Translations under genes and position numbers: made by a program | Source: a virus | Lineage: Duplodnaviria > Caudoviricetes | Direction: 5' to 3' (one strand) | Length of the DNA: 50,383 nt | IMG/VR virus record: IMGVR_UViG_3300014501_000006 | Coordinates: 1-50,383 of that record | Notes under the pieces: generated by a model | Told to the model about the DNA's origin: nothing | The model's database searches: none | What the model saw: the letters and a program-made list of their open reading frames with translations, nothing else | Shown: one piece after another, positions 35,058 to 46,400 of the stretch | Numbering within the stretch: position 1 is the first letter of the stretch | Layout: every line of letters starts with the position of its first letter

Positions 35058-36890
35058 GTGCGGACCATCGCGATCGGTGATGGGAAGAAGCTGAAGCTGA
35101 CCGCTGACCAGCGTCTACGGCTCGGCAACTTTCTGCAATCGTCACATCGAGACGCTATCGACCAACGCTTCGGCGTCGAGAAGATGTGGGAAAGCTCGCT
35201 GCGCTCTTATCAGGGCCAATCGCCTTCCGACCCGCGCTGGAGGCCGTTCAAGGAAGCCCCGGTCATCGAAGTCACTATCGGCGCGATGTGCGTCGATGCG
35301 GTGGCAGCGCAGGCGAACGACCTCATCTTTCAATCGAAGCCTATCCTGCTCATTCGTCCGTGCGAGGAGACGTGGGAGCCTCACGCCGACGCGCTCCAAT
35401 ACCTCGTTGATCGCGAAGTTGAGAGCAAGGCGTGGAACTTCCGGCCTGCGGCGACCGAAGCGATTATCGACGTGACGAAGATGGGCAACTTCGTCCTCTA
35501 TGTGCCGTTCACCAAAACGGTACGCAAAACCGACGTTCGCAAGGTCGAGAGTTTCAGCCCCAAGATTTACTGCCTGCCCTTGGAAGATTTCGTCATCCCG
35601 ACCAACTCCACCAAGGACGTGCAGTCGTGCCAATTCGCGACGATGCTTCTGCATACGAGCAAGAAGCAGTTGAACCTGAAGGCGCGGCTGAATAACTGGA
35701 CCGTCGATGATGCAGTTGGGGCGGAGACCAACAGCCCGCTTCAACAGACGCGGCTGCGCACAGCGGGCCTCGCGGGAACATCGGGCGAGAAATATGAGCG
35801 GGTCACTATCGCCGACACGTTCTGCTACTTCGACCTCGACGACGACGGCATCGAATCCGACCTCGAAGTCATCTGGAACGTCACCTCGGGCGGCATTTTG
35901 AAGGTGATGTATAACCGCTACGACAGCCGCCCCTTTGTACTCGAAGCCTACCAGGATCAGGCGCATACGTGGGTGGGGCTCGGCGTGATGGCGATGTCGG
36001 AGCAGTTCGAGCGGATGGCGACGGAGCTTTGGAACAACCACGTCTGGAACGCGATGATCGCCAACATGAAGATTTTCAAAGGCCCCTCGCAGGCGATGCA
36101 GGAGACTGAGGAAATCTATCCAGGTAAGTTTCTAGTCGAGGACAACGGCAAGATCGAAGCGATGGAGATGGGCGAGGTGAACTCGACCGCCATCAACGCC
36201 TTTACGATGCTGATGGCGATGGTACGCGAGCGGACCGGCACGCAGTTGCTCAACCAGCCCGTCCGCAATACCTCGCGCACGCCCGCGAACACGATGGCGA
36301 TGATGTCGCAGCAGTCCAACCGCCGCTTCACACCGCAATTCGACAACATGCGGGAAGGGTTAGCGGAGGGCGCGCGACAGTGCCTCTATCGGCTACAGGA
36401 GCGCGTCAAAGACCCGAAGACCCGCAAAGAAGTGATGGACTACATCAACGAACTGATGGGCGAGGAACGTGGCGCGCTGGTACTCGAATTGTTCAAGCGA
36501 AAGCGACCTCTGATGGAAGCTATCGACGTTCAACTTGCCGCCGTCAGCGTGAGCACGAACAAAGACGCGGATCGCCAAAGTCTCACGCAACTCGCATCGC
36601 AGGTTTATCCGCTCTATTGGCAGGCTCTCCAGCAACTCGCGCCCATCATGGCGCATCCGCCGTTCCCCGGCGCGGACAAAGTGGCAAAGCAGGCTGGCGA
36701 AATGCTGAACAAGTTGATGCACAAAATTCTAAAAACCTACGATCAGCTTTCTGAAGTGGAGAAGCTGACTATCGACCTCGATGACATCACTCCGGTTATG
36801 GCGCAGTTGGGATTAGAACAGATTCCGGGACAGATGAATGGCATGATCAACGCGATGGGACAGAACGGGGGAGGCCCGCCGCAACAATGA
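35058..36890 (+). CDS. Portal protein
   Basis: 610 aa; W..Y..RPF, LEDFVIP, YFDLDDDGIESD, RPFV..WVGLGV, RTPA, Gln/Met-rich tail; upstream of scaffold and capsid genes. Confidence 0.85.
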   Translation: MRTIAIGDGKKLKLTADQRLRLGNFLQSSHRDAIDQRFGVEKMWESSLRSYQGQSPSDPRWRPFKEAPVIEVTIGAMCVDAVAAQANDLIFQSKPILLIRPCEETWEPHADALQYLVDREVESKAWNFRPAATEAIIDVTKMGNFVLYVPFTKTVRKTDVRKVESFSPKIYCLPLEDFVIPTNSTKDVQSCQFATMLLHTSKKQLNLKARLNNWTVDDAVGAETNSPLQQTRLRTAGLAGTSGEKYERVTIADTFCYFDLDDDGIESDLEVIWNVTSGGILKVMYNRYDSRPFVLEAYQDQAHTWVGLGVMAMSEQFERMATELWNNHVWNAMIANMKIFKGPSQAMQETEEIYPGKFLVEDNGKIEAMEMGEVNSTAINAFTMLMAMVRERTGTQLLNQPVRNTSRTPANTMAMMSQQSNRRFTPQFDNMREGLAEGARQCLYRLQERVKDPKTRKEVMDYINELMGEERGALVLELFKRKRPLMEAIDVQLAAVSVSTNKDADRQSLTQLASQVYPLYWQALQQLAPIMAHPPFPGADKVAKQAGEMLNKLMHKILKTYDQLSEVEKLTIDLDDITPVMAQLGLEQIPGQMNGMINAMGQNGGGPPQQ

Positions 36891-37079
36891 ACATTTTAGA
36901 GCGTTCCGAGGGTGCAGTGATACGGGAAGGCGCTCAAGTTACATCTACGCCTAACGCTGATTATTTCTATTTTCGTAAAGACCACGACATCGTATGTGTG
37001 CGATTACCCAAATGCCCGCCAGAACCACGCTATACGCCGATCGAAGTAGCGGACTGCTCTATCGACAAATGGCCCGACA

Positions 37080-37313
37080 ATGAAGGCTGACAAACTAATT
37101 CGCGCGTGCCAAGGTGACACAGCTATATTGACCTCAACGCTCGGCTGGATCGAAGAAGAAGAGGACAAGACCATTCGCCGCATGGTGATGGTCGAGAATC
37201 ACGTCGAAATATATCGTTTACAGGGGGAGGCACGCGCACTACGGAAACTGCGCGACAGTCTCGTTAAACTAACAAAGGTGAAGGATGACAAATCGGGAAA
37301 AATCAAAGACTGA
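37080..37313 (+). CDS. Small post-portal protein (Bbp19-like position)
   Basis: EIYRLQGEARALRKL motif directly after the portal gene. Confidence 0.65.
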   Translation: MKADKLIRACQGDTAILTSTLGWIEEEEDKTIRRMVMVENHVEIYRLQGEARALRKLRDSLVKLTKVKDDKSGKIKD

Positions 37314-37489
37314 CGTTACTTTCCGTGTTGCTTGCGAGCGTGCGGGTGTGTTCCCGAGCCGCAATCAGTACATCAAGTTTAAGCACGGGCGAGGGATTGC
37401 CTTCAAAGAAGCTAAGGCGCGGCTTGACTATGTGGAGGCAAATAGTGTAGCGGTATCCGTTAAGTAAAAGTTCTAAGGGATTGCGCGAG

Positions 37490-37527
37490 GCGCCCATTGG
37501 TTAAATCCAGTGGGCGTTTTATTTTTT
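37490..37527 (+). terminator. Intrinsic terminator-like hairpin
   Basis: GCGCCCATTGG-TTAAAT-CCAGTGGGCGT followed by TTTATTTTTT. Confidence 0.65.
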
Positions 37528-38382
37528 ATGCCAGACGAGACCCCCGAACAGAAAGCAGCACGCGAAGCACAAGTAGCCGCCGATAAGGCGACAATCGACC
37601 GTATCACCGCTGGCGTAACAGCCGGTGTGAATGCGGCCATCCCCAAGATTACCGAATCCATCAGTGCGCGTGAGGCTGAATCGAAGCCCGCTCCACGCAC
37701 TGAGCCCGCCACTATCGTTCGCCCGACCGAAGAGGAGTTGGCGGAGGCGGTTATCAGTGGGAACAAGGCTGAGTATGCGCGGTTGCTGAAACTACAGCGC
37801 GCCGCCGACCAGCAGGACAACGCTCGCGCCATCGGTACCCTCAGCACCGCAGGCAGCGCCGCTATCGGCTCCCTCGCGCGTCAGGCCGCCGACCGACTCC
37901 CGCACTACAAACGCTTCAAAGCCGAAATCGACAAGATGGTGGACGACTACTGCGCAAGCAGCGGTGCGGTTCCCGACTACGGCATGTACGAACGCGCCCA
38001 CTCCATCGTGCGCGGCAATCACCTCGACGAACTCATCATCGAGACCGCCGAAGAGACTCTCCGCAAGGCTCGTGAGCCAGAAGAGCCGCTCATCCCTGAA
38101 GGACGGCGCGGTTCCGTCGAGACGGAGCATGAGCCTACTTCGCTGGCCGAAGCGCTGGCGGGCGATTGGAAGCGCGAGTTTCGCGTGAAACAGCGCGAGA
38201 TCGGCGGACGCTCCGACGACGAAGAGTTGCGCAAGATGGGATATGGCGACGGCCTCAAGGGCTTTCTCGCCGACCGCAAGCGCGTCGAGGCTCTGGAAGA
38301 CGAGACCAAGGGCACCTTCGGCCTCGACCGTGACTGGATCTGGACCGACAAATCTAAGGGCGACGGACATTGGGCCAACTGA
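37528..38382 (+). CDS. Capsid scaffolding protein (putative)
   Basis: Acidic and helical; position between portal and capsid genes. Confidence 0.6.
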   Translation: MPDETPEQKAAREAQVAADKATIDRITAGVTAGVNAAIPKITESISAREAESKPAPRTEPATIVRPTEEELAEAVISGNKAEYARLLKLQRAADQQDNARAIGTLSTAGSAAIGSLARQAADRLPHYKRFKAEIDKMVDDYCASSGAVPDYGMYERAHSIVRGNHLDELIIETAEETLRKAREPEEPLIPEGRRGSVETEHEPTSLAEALAGDWKREFRVKQREIGGRSDDEELRKMGYGDGLKGFLADRKRVEALEDETKGTFGLDRDWIWTDKSKGDGHWAN

Positions 38383-39194
38383 TGCCAAAGAAAGGCGAAA
38401 CAATATCACCTGAGCTGCGCCAGAAGATGAAGGAAGGGCAGGCACGCGCCGCCCTCGCGCGCAAGCAGGCCGCCGACGCAACCGCGCTTCCGGCTGGCGC
38501 CCTACGCAACGAGCAGCGCGCCATCAACAAGGACGCTCTCGACGAACGTATCGAGACGCGCGAGCAAGAAGCCGGAATCGAGGCCATCGACCGCTCCAAG
38601 CTGAATCAGCGCGATAACGAGATCATGCGTCACGTCCGCCGCCGCGATAAATCAAGCGGCGTGCCCGTCACTGGCATGGAGCCGGGCAAGCGATACGCAT
38701 GGCTCACTCTCGGTACTTCGTTCCCCGACCGCGCCCGTACCGCCATTCGCCAGATGAACGCCGACGCCAAGGATCGCGGCTACAAGCCCGTCGAGGGCAG
38801 GGACAATCCGGTCGGCAAGGAATTTATCGGCAACGACGGCATGGCAGGCACGACTGGCCGTGGCGTTGGCGATGTCTACCTCGCGGAGATTCGCGAAGAA
38901 GATTATCAGGACATCGAGGCCGAGAGCCGCGAGAAGGCCGAGCGGCAGGGGCAGGTCGAAGACCGCTCGGTGGTCTTTGCGCGGGACCGCTTAGGTCGCG
39001 CCGGACTTCCCAACACTATGCACAATCTCGTTGACCCCAACGATAATTTCGTAAATCAACGCGGGCGGAGTCTCGGCGTAGACCGCAACCCCGTCACGAT
39101 GACATCTCAATTTACCGAGGGCGACGTTCGCCGAGGTTCGATTCATGGACCCGGCGGACAGGTTATGAAGCCCGGCTTTGAAAGGAGAATCTAA
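38382..39194 (+). CDS. Head-module hypothetical protein
   Basis: Charged protein with PGKRYAW..RGYKPV..GDVYLAEI; TGATG-coupled. Confidence 0.6.
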   Translation: MPKKGETISPELRQKMKEGQARAALARKQAADATALPAGALRNEQRAINKDALDERIETREQEAGIEAIDRSKLNQRDNEIMRHVRRRDKSSGVPVTGMEPGKRYAWLTLGTSFPDRARTAIRQMNADAKDRGYKPVEGRDNPVGKEFIGNDGMAGTTGRGVGDVYLAEIREEDYQDIEAESREKAERQGQVEDRSVVFARDRLGRAGLPNTMHNLVDPNDNFVNQRGRSLGVDRNPVTMTSQFTEGDVRRGSIHGPGGQVMKPGFERRI

Positions 39195-39196
39195 AC

Positions 39197-39688
39197 GTGG
39201 CCGCAGTAATCAAGCCCATCGCCCCCGACATCGGCCTTGCCAACTGGCAGAACGCGCCCTTCCACGGCATCGAAGCAGCCGGCCAGACTTGGAAGGTGGG
39301 CGCTCCGCTAGTCAACTCTAGCGGCTCGCTTGCTGAGGCAACTACAGGCACCACAGGGTATGCGGGCCTCATCATCGGCTTCGCGCTAGGCCCGGCCACT
39401 GGCGTTACTGGCGCAGATGCCACGTTCACTCCCGCCCTACAGGGTTTGACCTTCGCGGGCACCGTGGACGGCACCTTGGTTGCGACTAACGCACCGGGCA
39501 CAGGCGCTGTCGCTCAGAGCGGCGTGTGGGGCGGCATCGGACTGCAAAAAGATGCAGCGTCGGGTCTGTGGTTCCTCTGCACCACAGGCACCGCGAGTTT
39601 TATTGTGGCTGAGCTAATCGACCCCGCATCGACCGTCAATGGCCGAGTGCGCGTCCAGATTCTGCGAGCGCAAACGCTGCTCATCTAA
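39197..39688 (+). CDS. Capsid stabilising/decoration protein (putative)
   Basis: Small Ala/Gly/Thr beta-rich ORF immediately before the MCP; RBS AAGGAG. Confidence 0.6.
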   Translation: MAAVIKPIAPDIGLANWQNAPFHGIEAAGQTWKVGAPLVNSSGSLAEATTGTTGYAGLIIGFALGPATGVTGADATFTPALQGLTFAGTVDGTLVATNAPGTGAVAQSGVWGGIGLQKDAASGLWFLCTTGTASFIVAELIDPASTVNGRVRVQILRAQTLLI

Positions 39689-39700
39689 GGAGAATAGTCG

Positions 39701-40612
39701 ATGCCTGCGGTAACTTCTGCGTTCGCTGATCTACTCAGCACCAAGTTTCAAACATTCCTCGTCAATACAGGCAAGGAATATCGGCGGCTGTGGCCGGAAT
39801 GGTTCACCGCCGTTGACATGACCACCAACCCGTACATCTCCGAGAAGATTTCGGGAATGGGCATTCAGCAAGTCAAGCCGGAAGGCCAGCAGTTCCAGCC
39901 CGACCTGCCGATCATCGGATCGAGCTTTCAGGTCACGGCGACTCCCTACGGCCAGCTTTTCTCGGTCACATGGGAAATGTGGCGCGACGACAAGTACGGC
40001 GTGATGGGCGAGATGTGGGGCGACATGGCGCGCTCCAACCGGCTCCGTCAGGAAGTCCAGATGTTCGCGACCTTCCCGAACAACGCCTTCTCAGTAAACA
40101 GCGGATATGACGGCGTGCCGGTTATCACCAACGCGGCAGCGCCGCATCCGAACCTGGATGGCGCCACGCAGGTCAATCGCCCGACCCCTGACATCGCGCT
40201 CTCGCAGACCGGCATTCAGGCGATGCAGATGAACTTCGACAACCTGAACGACGACCGCAGCCGTCCGCAAGACGTGGCCGCGACTCGCGTGATGATCAAT
40301 CCGGCCAACCGCTACCTCGCCCGCGAACTGTTCGGCAGCAGCGGCAAGACTCAGACCGGCGACAACGACCTCAACGCGCTGCTCAACGACGGATTGGAGT
40401 GGGGCGTCGTGCGCTACATGACCCGCACTCAGGACTGGGTAGGCATGGCCTCCAAGGACCAGAGCGACGTGGAGTTCATGTGGCGCGACCGTCCGCGCAG
40501 CCGTTCCTTCGATGATCCATTCATCGAGGCAGCGGACAACACTGTCTATCAGCGATTCGCAACCCGCATTGGCGACTGGAAATTCTGCTACGGGTCAACG
40601 CTTGGCTTCTAA
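39701..40612 (+). CDS. Major capsid protein (Mu gpT-like, HK97 fold)
   Basis: KPEGQ, YGQLFSVTWEMWRDDKYG, MARS, YDG, FMWRDRP, RFATRIGDWKFCYGS; RBS AAGGAG. Confidence 0.85.
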   Translation: MPAVTSAFADLLSTKFQTFLVNTGKEYRRLWPEWFTAVDMTTNPYISEKISGMGIQQVKPEGQQFQPDLPIIGSSFQVTATPYGQLFSVTWEMWRDDKYGVMGEMWGDMARSNRLRQEVQMFATFPNNAFSVNSGYDGVPVITNAAAPHPNLDGATQVNRPTPDIALSQTGIQAMQMNFDNLNDDRSRPQDVAATRVMINPANRYLARELFGSSGKTQTGDNDLNALLNDGLEWGVVRYMTRTQDWVGMASKDQSDVEFMWRDRPRSRSFDDPFIEAADNTVYQRFATRIGDWKFCYGSTLGF

Positions 40613-40639
40613 CTTCTAGTCACCGAGACGAGGAATAAA

Positions 40640-41131
40640 ATGCCTGACATCATCACCCCCTATAGCATTTGCCCGAAGTGCAGCGTTGGCCGCTTGAGCC
40701 CGGAGCCGCAGCATCGCCCGAAGGATGCGCACCTCGTTCATCCCGGCATGGCGATGCTTCATTGCTACAACTTCAACCTGCATCAAATCGGTTGCGGATA
40801 CGCGGTCGAGGCGACTGAGCCATCGATTCTCGCCGAGGTCGCAAAGGCTGAGGTGCTCAAGAAGCAGCGCCTTCATGCCGATGCGGTAGCCAAGGACTTG
40901 GAAGCGAAGGCGAAGGCAGCGTCAGCAACGGCTGAAGCGGCAAAACTGGCGCTTCACTCAGCGGAAGCCGGAGCTGGTTCGTTCCAGACTGCGGCGGAAG
41001 CGACGGCGGACAACAAAGCCGAGGCGGTTCGAGAAAGCCGCGCACCGAAGCCTGCCTCGCCGAGTGCTGATGCGCCCGTATTTCCAGCGGCGACAATATC
41101 CGATCCGAAGGACACAGCGGACAATTTCTAA
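40640..41131 (+). CDS. Hypothetical protein with Zn ribbon and Ala-rich tail
   Basis: CPKC..C..CGY; RBS GAGG. Confidence 0.6.
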   Translation: MPDIITPYSICPKCSVGRLSPEPQHRPKDAHLVHPGMAMLHCYNFNLHQIGCGYAVEATEPSILAEVAKAEVLKKQRLHADAVAKDLEAKAKAASATAEAAKLALHSAEAGAGSFQTAAEATADNKAEAVRESRAPKPASPSADAPVFPAATISDPKDTADNF

Positions 41132-41787
41132 TGCGCAAGAATCTATCAAGGCTTCTGGCTCTCGCCGTCATCGCTGCGCTCATCGGCACTCTGACCGTCA
41201 AAGAGAACCCGATCCGGGTGATGCAGATGGTGGTGGCCGCCGCGGGGACGCCAACCGCGACCGCGACCCTTACGGCGACAGCCACTGCCGCTGCAACGCC
41301 ACTTCCTACGCCAACAGGCGTTGCGCCGCTGTATTCGCGCATCACGGACTTCGGCTTCATTGGAGTTCCGCTGGGACAAAACGGCATCTATGGTGGCCGT
41401 ATCATTCGCTTGGTCTCGACTCTCGCGATCCCGTTGGGATGCGTGGCTGCGGTCGATCCGAATATCGCCGACCAAGTGGTTGCGGCTAATCCGGCACTTA
41501 CTACGCCCCTCGGGGTTGTGGTCGGAGCGGCGGGAGTAGCGTCGGGCGCCCCGTATGGAGGCATCGGTGTGGCTCCGATAGCGGGTCAGAAAGCAGTTAT
41601 CCAAGTGAACGGTATCGCATCCGTGGCTTGCGGCGGGACTATCGCTGGTGGAAACGCGGTGATGGTGAGCGCCACCTATGCGTGCGCGGTCGATGCTTAT
41701 TCGGCGGGAACTGTGGACGAGCAGGTAGGCATCGCGCTCAAAAGTTGCGTCGTCGGCGGTAGAACCGACATCCTGATAACCAAATGA
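41131..41787 (+). CDS. DUF2190/capsid-cement-like protein with N-terminal signal/anchor and Thr-Pro linker
   Basis: MRKNLSRLLALAVIAALIG; TPTATATLTATAT; C-terminal VIQVNGIASV.CGGTIAGG.AV..QVGIAL..DILI. Confidence 0.65.
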   Translation: MRKNLSRLLALAVIAALIGTLTVKENPIRVMQMVVAAAGTPTATATLTATATAAATPLPTPTGVAPLYSRITDFGFIGVPLGQNGIYGGRIIRLVSTLAIPLGCVAAVDPNIADQVVAANPALTTPLGVVVGAAGVASGAPYGGIGVAPIAGQKAVIQVNGIASVACGGTIAGGNAVMVSATYACAVDAYSAGTVDEQVGIALKSCVVGGRTDILITK

Positions 41788-42389
41788 AGAAGTCGCAACA
41801 GATGCCCTACGGGGTCCAGAAGACCGGCTACGGCGGGTCCGACACGAAGAACAAGCCGGAGTCGGCAGGCAAGGGCGGGAAGGCAGGTGGGCAGTGACAA
41901 AGAAGGCAAAAGCCGCCGCGAAGCAGTCCAAGAAGGACCGGATGACGGCCAAGAAGAAGGGCATCAACACCAGCGTAGGGAAGGCGCTTAGTTAGTGCCG
42001 AAATGTCCATCTTGCTTCAAGGATTTAATACGCGACCCGAGAACGGGACGCTTGAAAGAGTCTTCCCCTGAAACAAAGTCGGGGCAACCGGTGGGTCCGG
42101 CACAACCAAAGTCAATGATGAAACGGGCGGCAGATTACGTGACCGATCCATATCACGGTACGCAGGGTAAGGGTAAGGAATGGGCTCGCGATATTCAAAA
42201 GGAAAAAGAGTCCAAGACGTACCCAATCGGGCCGCAAAGCAAGGCCGTTAAACCGAATCGCGTGAGCAAGGCTCTCAGCTAATGAAGAAACGGAAAGGCT
42301 TCGGGTTACAGCAGGCTTTCAAGACCAAGGGCGGCAGCGGAGCCGCCGGTGGCTTCGGACGCAAGATGAAGAAGAAGGGCAAGAAATAG
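41784..42389 (+). CDS. Chain of four short Lys-rich ORFs (41784-41897, 41894-41995, 41995-42282, 42282-42389)
   Basis: Every junction is a stop/start overlap; peptides of 37, 33, 95 and 35 aa, rich in Lys and Gly. Confidence 0.7.
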
Positions 42390-42393
42390 CAGT

Positions 42394-43410
42394 GTGGCTG
42401 AGTCGCTTCAAAGTGTGGCGCGGCAAGCTGTCGCTCAGCTTGGCCTCGATTCCGGATATGAGCTGGCTACGCAGTTCGTCGGCCAGCGATACCAAGAAGT
42501 CTGCGCCAGAGCCAAATTTCGCCATCTCCGGCAATTTGGGCAGTTGTTTCTCCCTGCCCCGATCACAGCGGGCACGATAACCCTCACTCTCGATACCCCC
42601 ACCATAACCCTCAACGCGGCGGCGCTCGCGGCCTGCCGGACCAACAAGTTCTACCAGTGGCCTGAGGGCTTCACTGGCCTGTTCTTTCGTCCGCAAATCG
42701 GCATCACCTGGTATCGCATCGCCAGAGCGGACGACCAGACTGGCACGATCACACTAGAAACGCCGTTCGCTTATGACAACAGCTATTTGGTGGGGACCAA
42801 CCAACTCACGCAAGCGAACGTCACCTACTACATTCTGCCTCGCTATCAGTTGCTCGACCCGACCGCGCGCCAGCTTGGCGTGTTCATGGTCGATTATGTG
42901 TTTCGGCCATTGGAGGTTGTGAGCGAGGATCAGCTCAACCGGATGGTGCCAAGTCGCTTTCTGGTATCGAGCTACCCGCAGTTCGTAGCCGAACTCAACA
43001 GCAACCTTAACGTCACTGGCATCCCCAAGCAGATTGAGGTTTATCCCTATCCGACCAATTCGGTGACGCTGCACTACACTTACTGGCAGACGCCGCCGCT
43101 GCTCGGCTATGGCGACTACCTGCCGCCCACTATTGACCCCGACATCGTGAGAACGGGGGCCAAGGTGGACCTCGCGAACAATGCGATGGGCAAGGCGATG
43201 CGGATGGGGGAGCTCGACAAGGCGGCGATGTATCGCAACATCGCGAATCAGGAAGAGACCAGGTTCGAGGACAAGATCAATCGAGCGGTGCGCAACGACC
43301 GTGGCCCCGAAGACCTGAAACTGTGCATCCGCAGGATGGGGTGGCAGGGCAGACTCGATCACGACACGATTACTACCGCATACGAGAATTTCCTAGGCCG
43401 CGGGTACTAA
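42394..43410 (+). CDS. Head-tail adaptor / tubular protein A-like with inserted beta domain
   Basis: N-terminal helices, YPQF..IEVYPYPT..LHYTYWQ.PP, C-terminal helices. Confidence 0.6.
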   Translation: MAESLQSVARQAVAQLGLDSGYELATQFVGQRYQEVCARAKFRHLRQFGQLFLPAPITAGTITLTLDTPTITLNAAALAACRTNKFYQWPEGFTGLFFRPQIGITWYRIARADDQTGTITLETPFAYDNSYLVGTNQLTQANVTYYILPRYQLLDPTARQLGVFMVDYVFRPLEVVSEDQLNRMVPSRFLVSSYPQFVAELNSNLNVTGIPKQIEVYPYPTNSVTLHYTYWQTPPLLGYGDYLPPTIDPDIVRTGAKVDLANNAMGKAMRMGELDKAAMYRNIANQEETRFEDKINRAVRNDRGPEDLKLCIRRMGWQGRLDHDTITTAYENFLGRGY

Positions 43411-43411
43411 G

Positions 43412-46400
43412 ATGAAACGATTGCCGTTGGTGGCGACGCTGATTTTCCTGACGTTAGGGGTCGCTTTCGCAGGCGACGACTCCAATGTCATCAACTCGCT
43501 TTCGCAGGTGAATCCGGCCAGCGGCAACTACGGTGGCTCCCAGTACCCGCAGCAGATTTACAACTCGCTCTCGCAAGAGGATGCCGGAAGGTCAGTCGAG
43601 TACGGCTTCACCAATTTCGTTGTCTCCGGCTGCCTTGGACCGACCAGCGCGGGACTCGTGATGAGCGTTCCCGCCTGCATCGGTTACAACGCGGGCTTTC
43701 GAGCGGCGGACCCGAGCAACGGAAGCATCGGCTTTTCGTCGTCCATCACCTTCTCGAACAATGCGACCACGTGGGTTGCGATGGACGAGAACACCACCGG
43801 CAACAACGCGAATCTGCCGAACTTCACCCGCGTCGCGAACACTCACTACCTGATCGACACCCTCGACGTGGCGGCGCCGACGATGGCGACCGACTCGCAG
43901 CTTCTAATGAAGGTGGTCACATCAGGCGGGGCGATCACGGCGGTGACGGATCTGCGGACCACCAGCGTCACGATTAACAATGGCGGCTCCTCAAGCGACC
44001 CGCTCATCCTGAACAAGCTCATCCCTAAAAAGCTCGACGGCAGCGACCTCATCGGCTGCTTTAACGGTGCGGCCTGCGCGGAAAAAAATCTGGGCGATTT
44101 TGGCGTCTCAGTTACCGCTACGGGCACTGAGGGTAGCCTCGCCGAAATGACCGGCTGCACGCTGACCTCAAATAGTCCAGTCGCAGTCTTCAGTTGCAGC
44201 GGATCAACGGGTATCGCGGATTTTCAGTTGGCAGCGAATAAGGGCAAGACCGTTGCGGTTCCGGGCGGGGGAGCGGCACCGGTCAGCACAGCGCCGTCCA
44301 TGACGATCTACCCTACCTCGACTAATTCGAACGTTGCGTCGCTCGGGGGACAGAACACTTACTACGCGAACGGATGTCAGGTCATTAATGGCCTTGTGTG
44401 GGGAATTACCGGTAGTAGCTTTTTTTTCGTGCAGAATGCGGGTTTGGTGTACGCGGGTGAAACCGTCACGATAAGCAGTAACCAATATAAAGTCCTGAGC
44501 ATCAACGGAACGATTGTGAACATCGATCCGACGGGGCCGCACGCGACGTTGCTTACTTCACCCAATGCTACCGTTATGACGGGTGCGGACTGCGGTACTT
44601 CTTATAGCTTGCAGATGAACTGGGTAGAGCCGAATGGAGCGATTAAGGTAGGGCCTAAGCAGACTACGACGGTAGGGCCAAGTTCGCTGAATTGGGAGAA
44701 CTTCCTTCAGGCGCAAGCGCCGCTCGATGCCCACATATCGCCAGCGCTGCAAGGTGGCGCACAGATCTGCGCATGCAAGACCGCTGGTTGCACGCCAACA
44801 TTGGCGGGCACTTGGTTTCCGAAGAAAGTATTCAATCTGCAAAATCAGGTCACTACGGCAGCGGTAGTCAACGACGAACTTCTCGAAGCCAACCAAGGAT
44901 CAAAGGTCAACCCGACTCTAGCGACTTTCGACTACCTAGGTCAGAACAGCGCTTTCGATATTCTGGATGGCACCACCTGCCCAATCGCCGACGAAAACGC
45001 CATCATGACGGGTCTGGCTCTGACCTCAGCAACGGGAAGTGGGCCTTACGTAGTTACTCTTAGCGGACCAGTGACGGCAGCGACCCTCGCGCCCACGACA
45101 ACGATCATTTACTTCGATGATACACCTGCGGTTAATACATTTGTCACGGCGGCGAAGGATGTGGTGGGGGTAACCGCGCGTTTCGCAACGACACGCATTC
45201 CCTTTGGGAGATATCGGATACAGAATCTTACGGTGTCGAATGGCGTTGGTCTGAACGTAATTGGCGGCGGCGGCTCTGCATTCGACAGCCGCAGCAACGA
45301 GGTGCGCAACTCAGGCACGGAGTTCGTTTTCAGTGGGCGTGCGGGACAAGGAGCAGGGGTCACGCTCTACAATGTCAGCAAGCCGCATTGGGATAGCGTG
45401 GGGATCGGCGTGGATAGCGGGTCTACTCCGGCGGGATGCCTCGATATCGATGGTGCCGACACCGTACCGACACCTGGTAGGGGCTGGTTCGTAAACAGCG
45501 TATTTTGCGGCGGCTCCAATGTCGGCGTCATTTTGGCGAGCATCAACACGACTAATGCCGACTTTTATTCATTCTACAACGACGTGATCAATTGCAGCGG
45601 CGGCGTCGATGACGGAACGGGACTCTGGATCGATTCGGCGAACGCGCTTCAGGAATACGTCGATTCGAGCACCGCCCTTTGCGGCCAAGTCGGTGTGGTA
45701 AATATGACTGGTGGCCTCCATATGTTCGGTTCCGTGGGCACGCCGAATTCCATCGCAGAAGTGCTTTCGCCCTACACGGGTACTGACAACGAATGGGCCT
45801 CCCGCAACGAGCATATGTCGCGCGGGATTTACTCGCCGATTCAAGCTGGCAATGCGGGACCGAATCTCAATCTGCATGACAGCGATTTTGTAGACGCGCA
45901 ATTTTTGCCCGATTGTAACTTTGTGTTGGTAGGCAATGGCCCATCGGAATTGAACCATAACCGCTTTATCAGCTCCGTTACCACCGCGTTGGCTTTCAGT
46001 TACTCAGGGTCAACAGGCCCCAATCCCGCGTGTAGCGGCATCGGAGGACCATCTAACGGAACCTTCGCGACGCTGGATTCAAGAAACAGTATTTACGATT
46101 CGATGGCGTCCCCATTTGGAAATTGGTCCGCAGTTAATGTGTCTACCAGCACGGACCAGTATTTCAATCCAGCTACCGGCGGTCTCCTGACGTTGATCGT
46201 ACCTCCCGCGCCGCCGACCGCCACTTCGTACACCTACGACATGGGCGGTTGCCCTACTACGCTGCCGCGACCCGATAGTACCGGCATCACACTGACGGGC
46301 GGATATTGTTCAGTGGCGTACAATTCGCCGGTATTGTTTGGCGCTCCGGCCTCCGGTGGTACATTTGGCGGCAAGCTCGGGATCTCGGTTAATGGCGAGC

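Noticed and set aside
35142-36041. Long antisense ORFs over the portal and other core genes
   Set aside because: Expected shadows in GC-rich coding DNA; no RBS or motifs.
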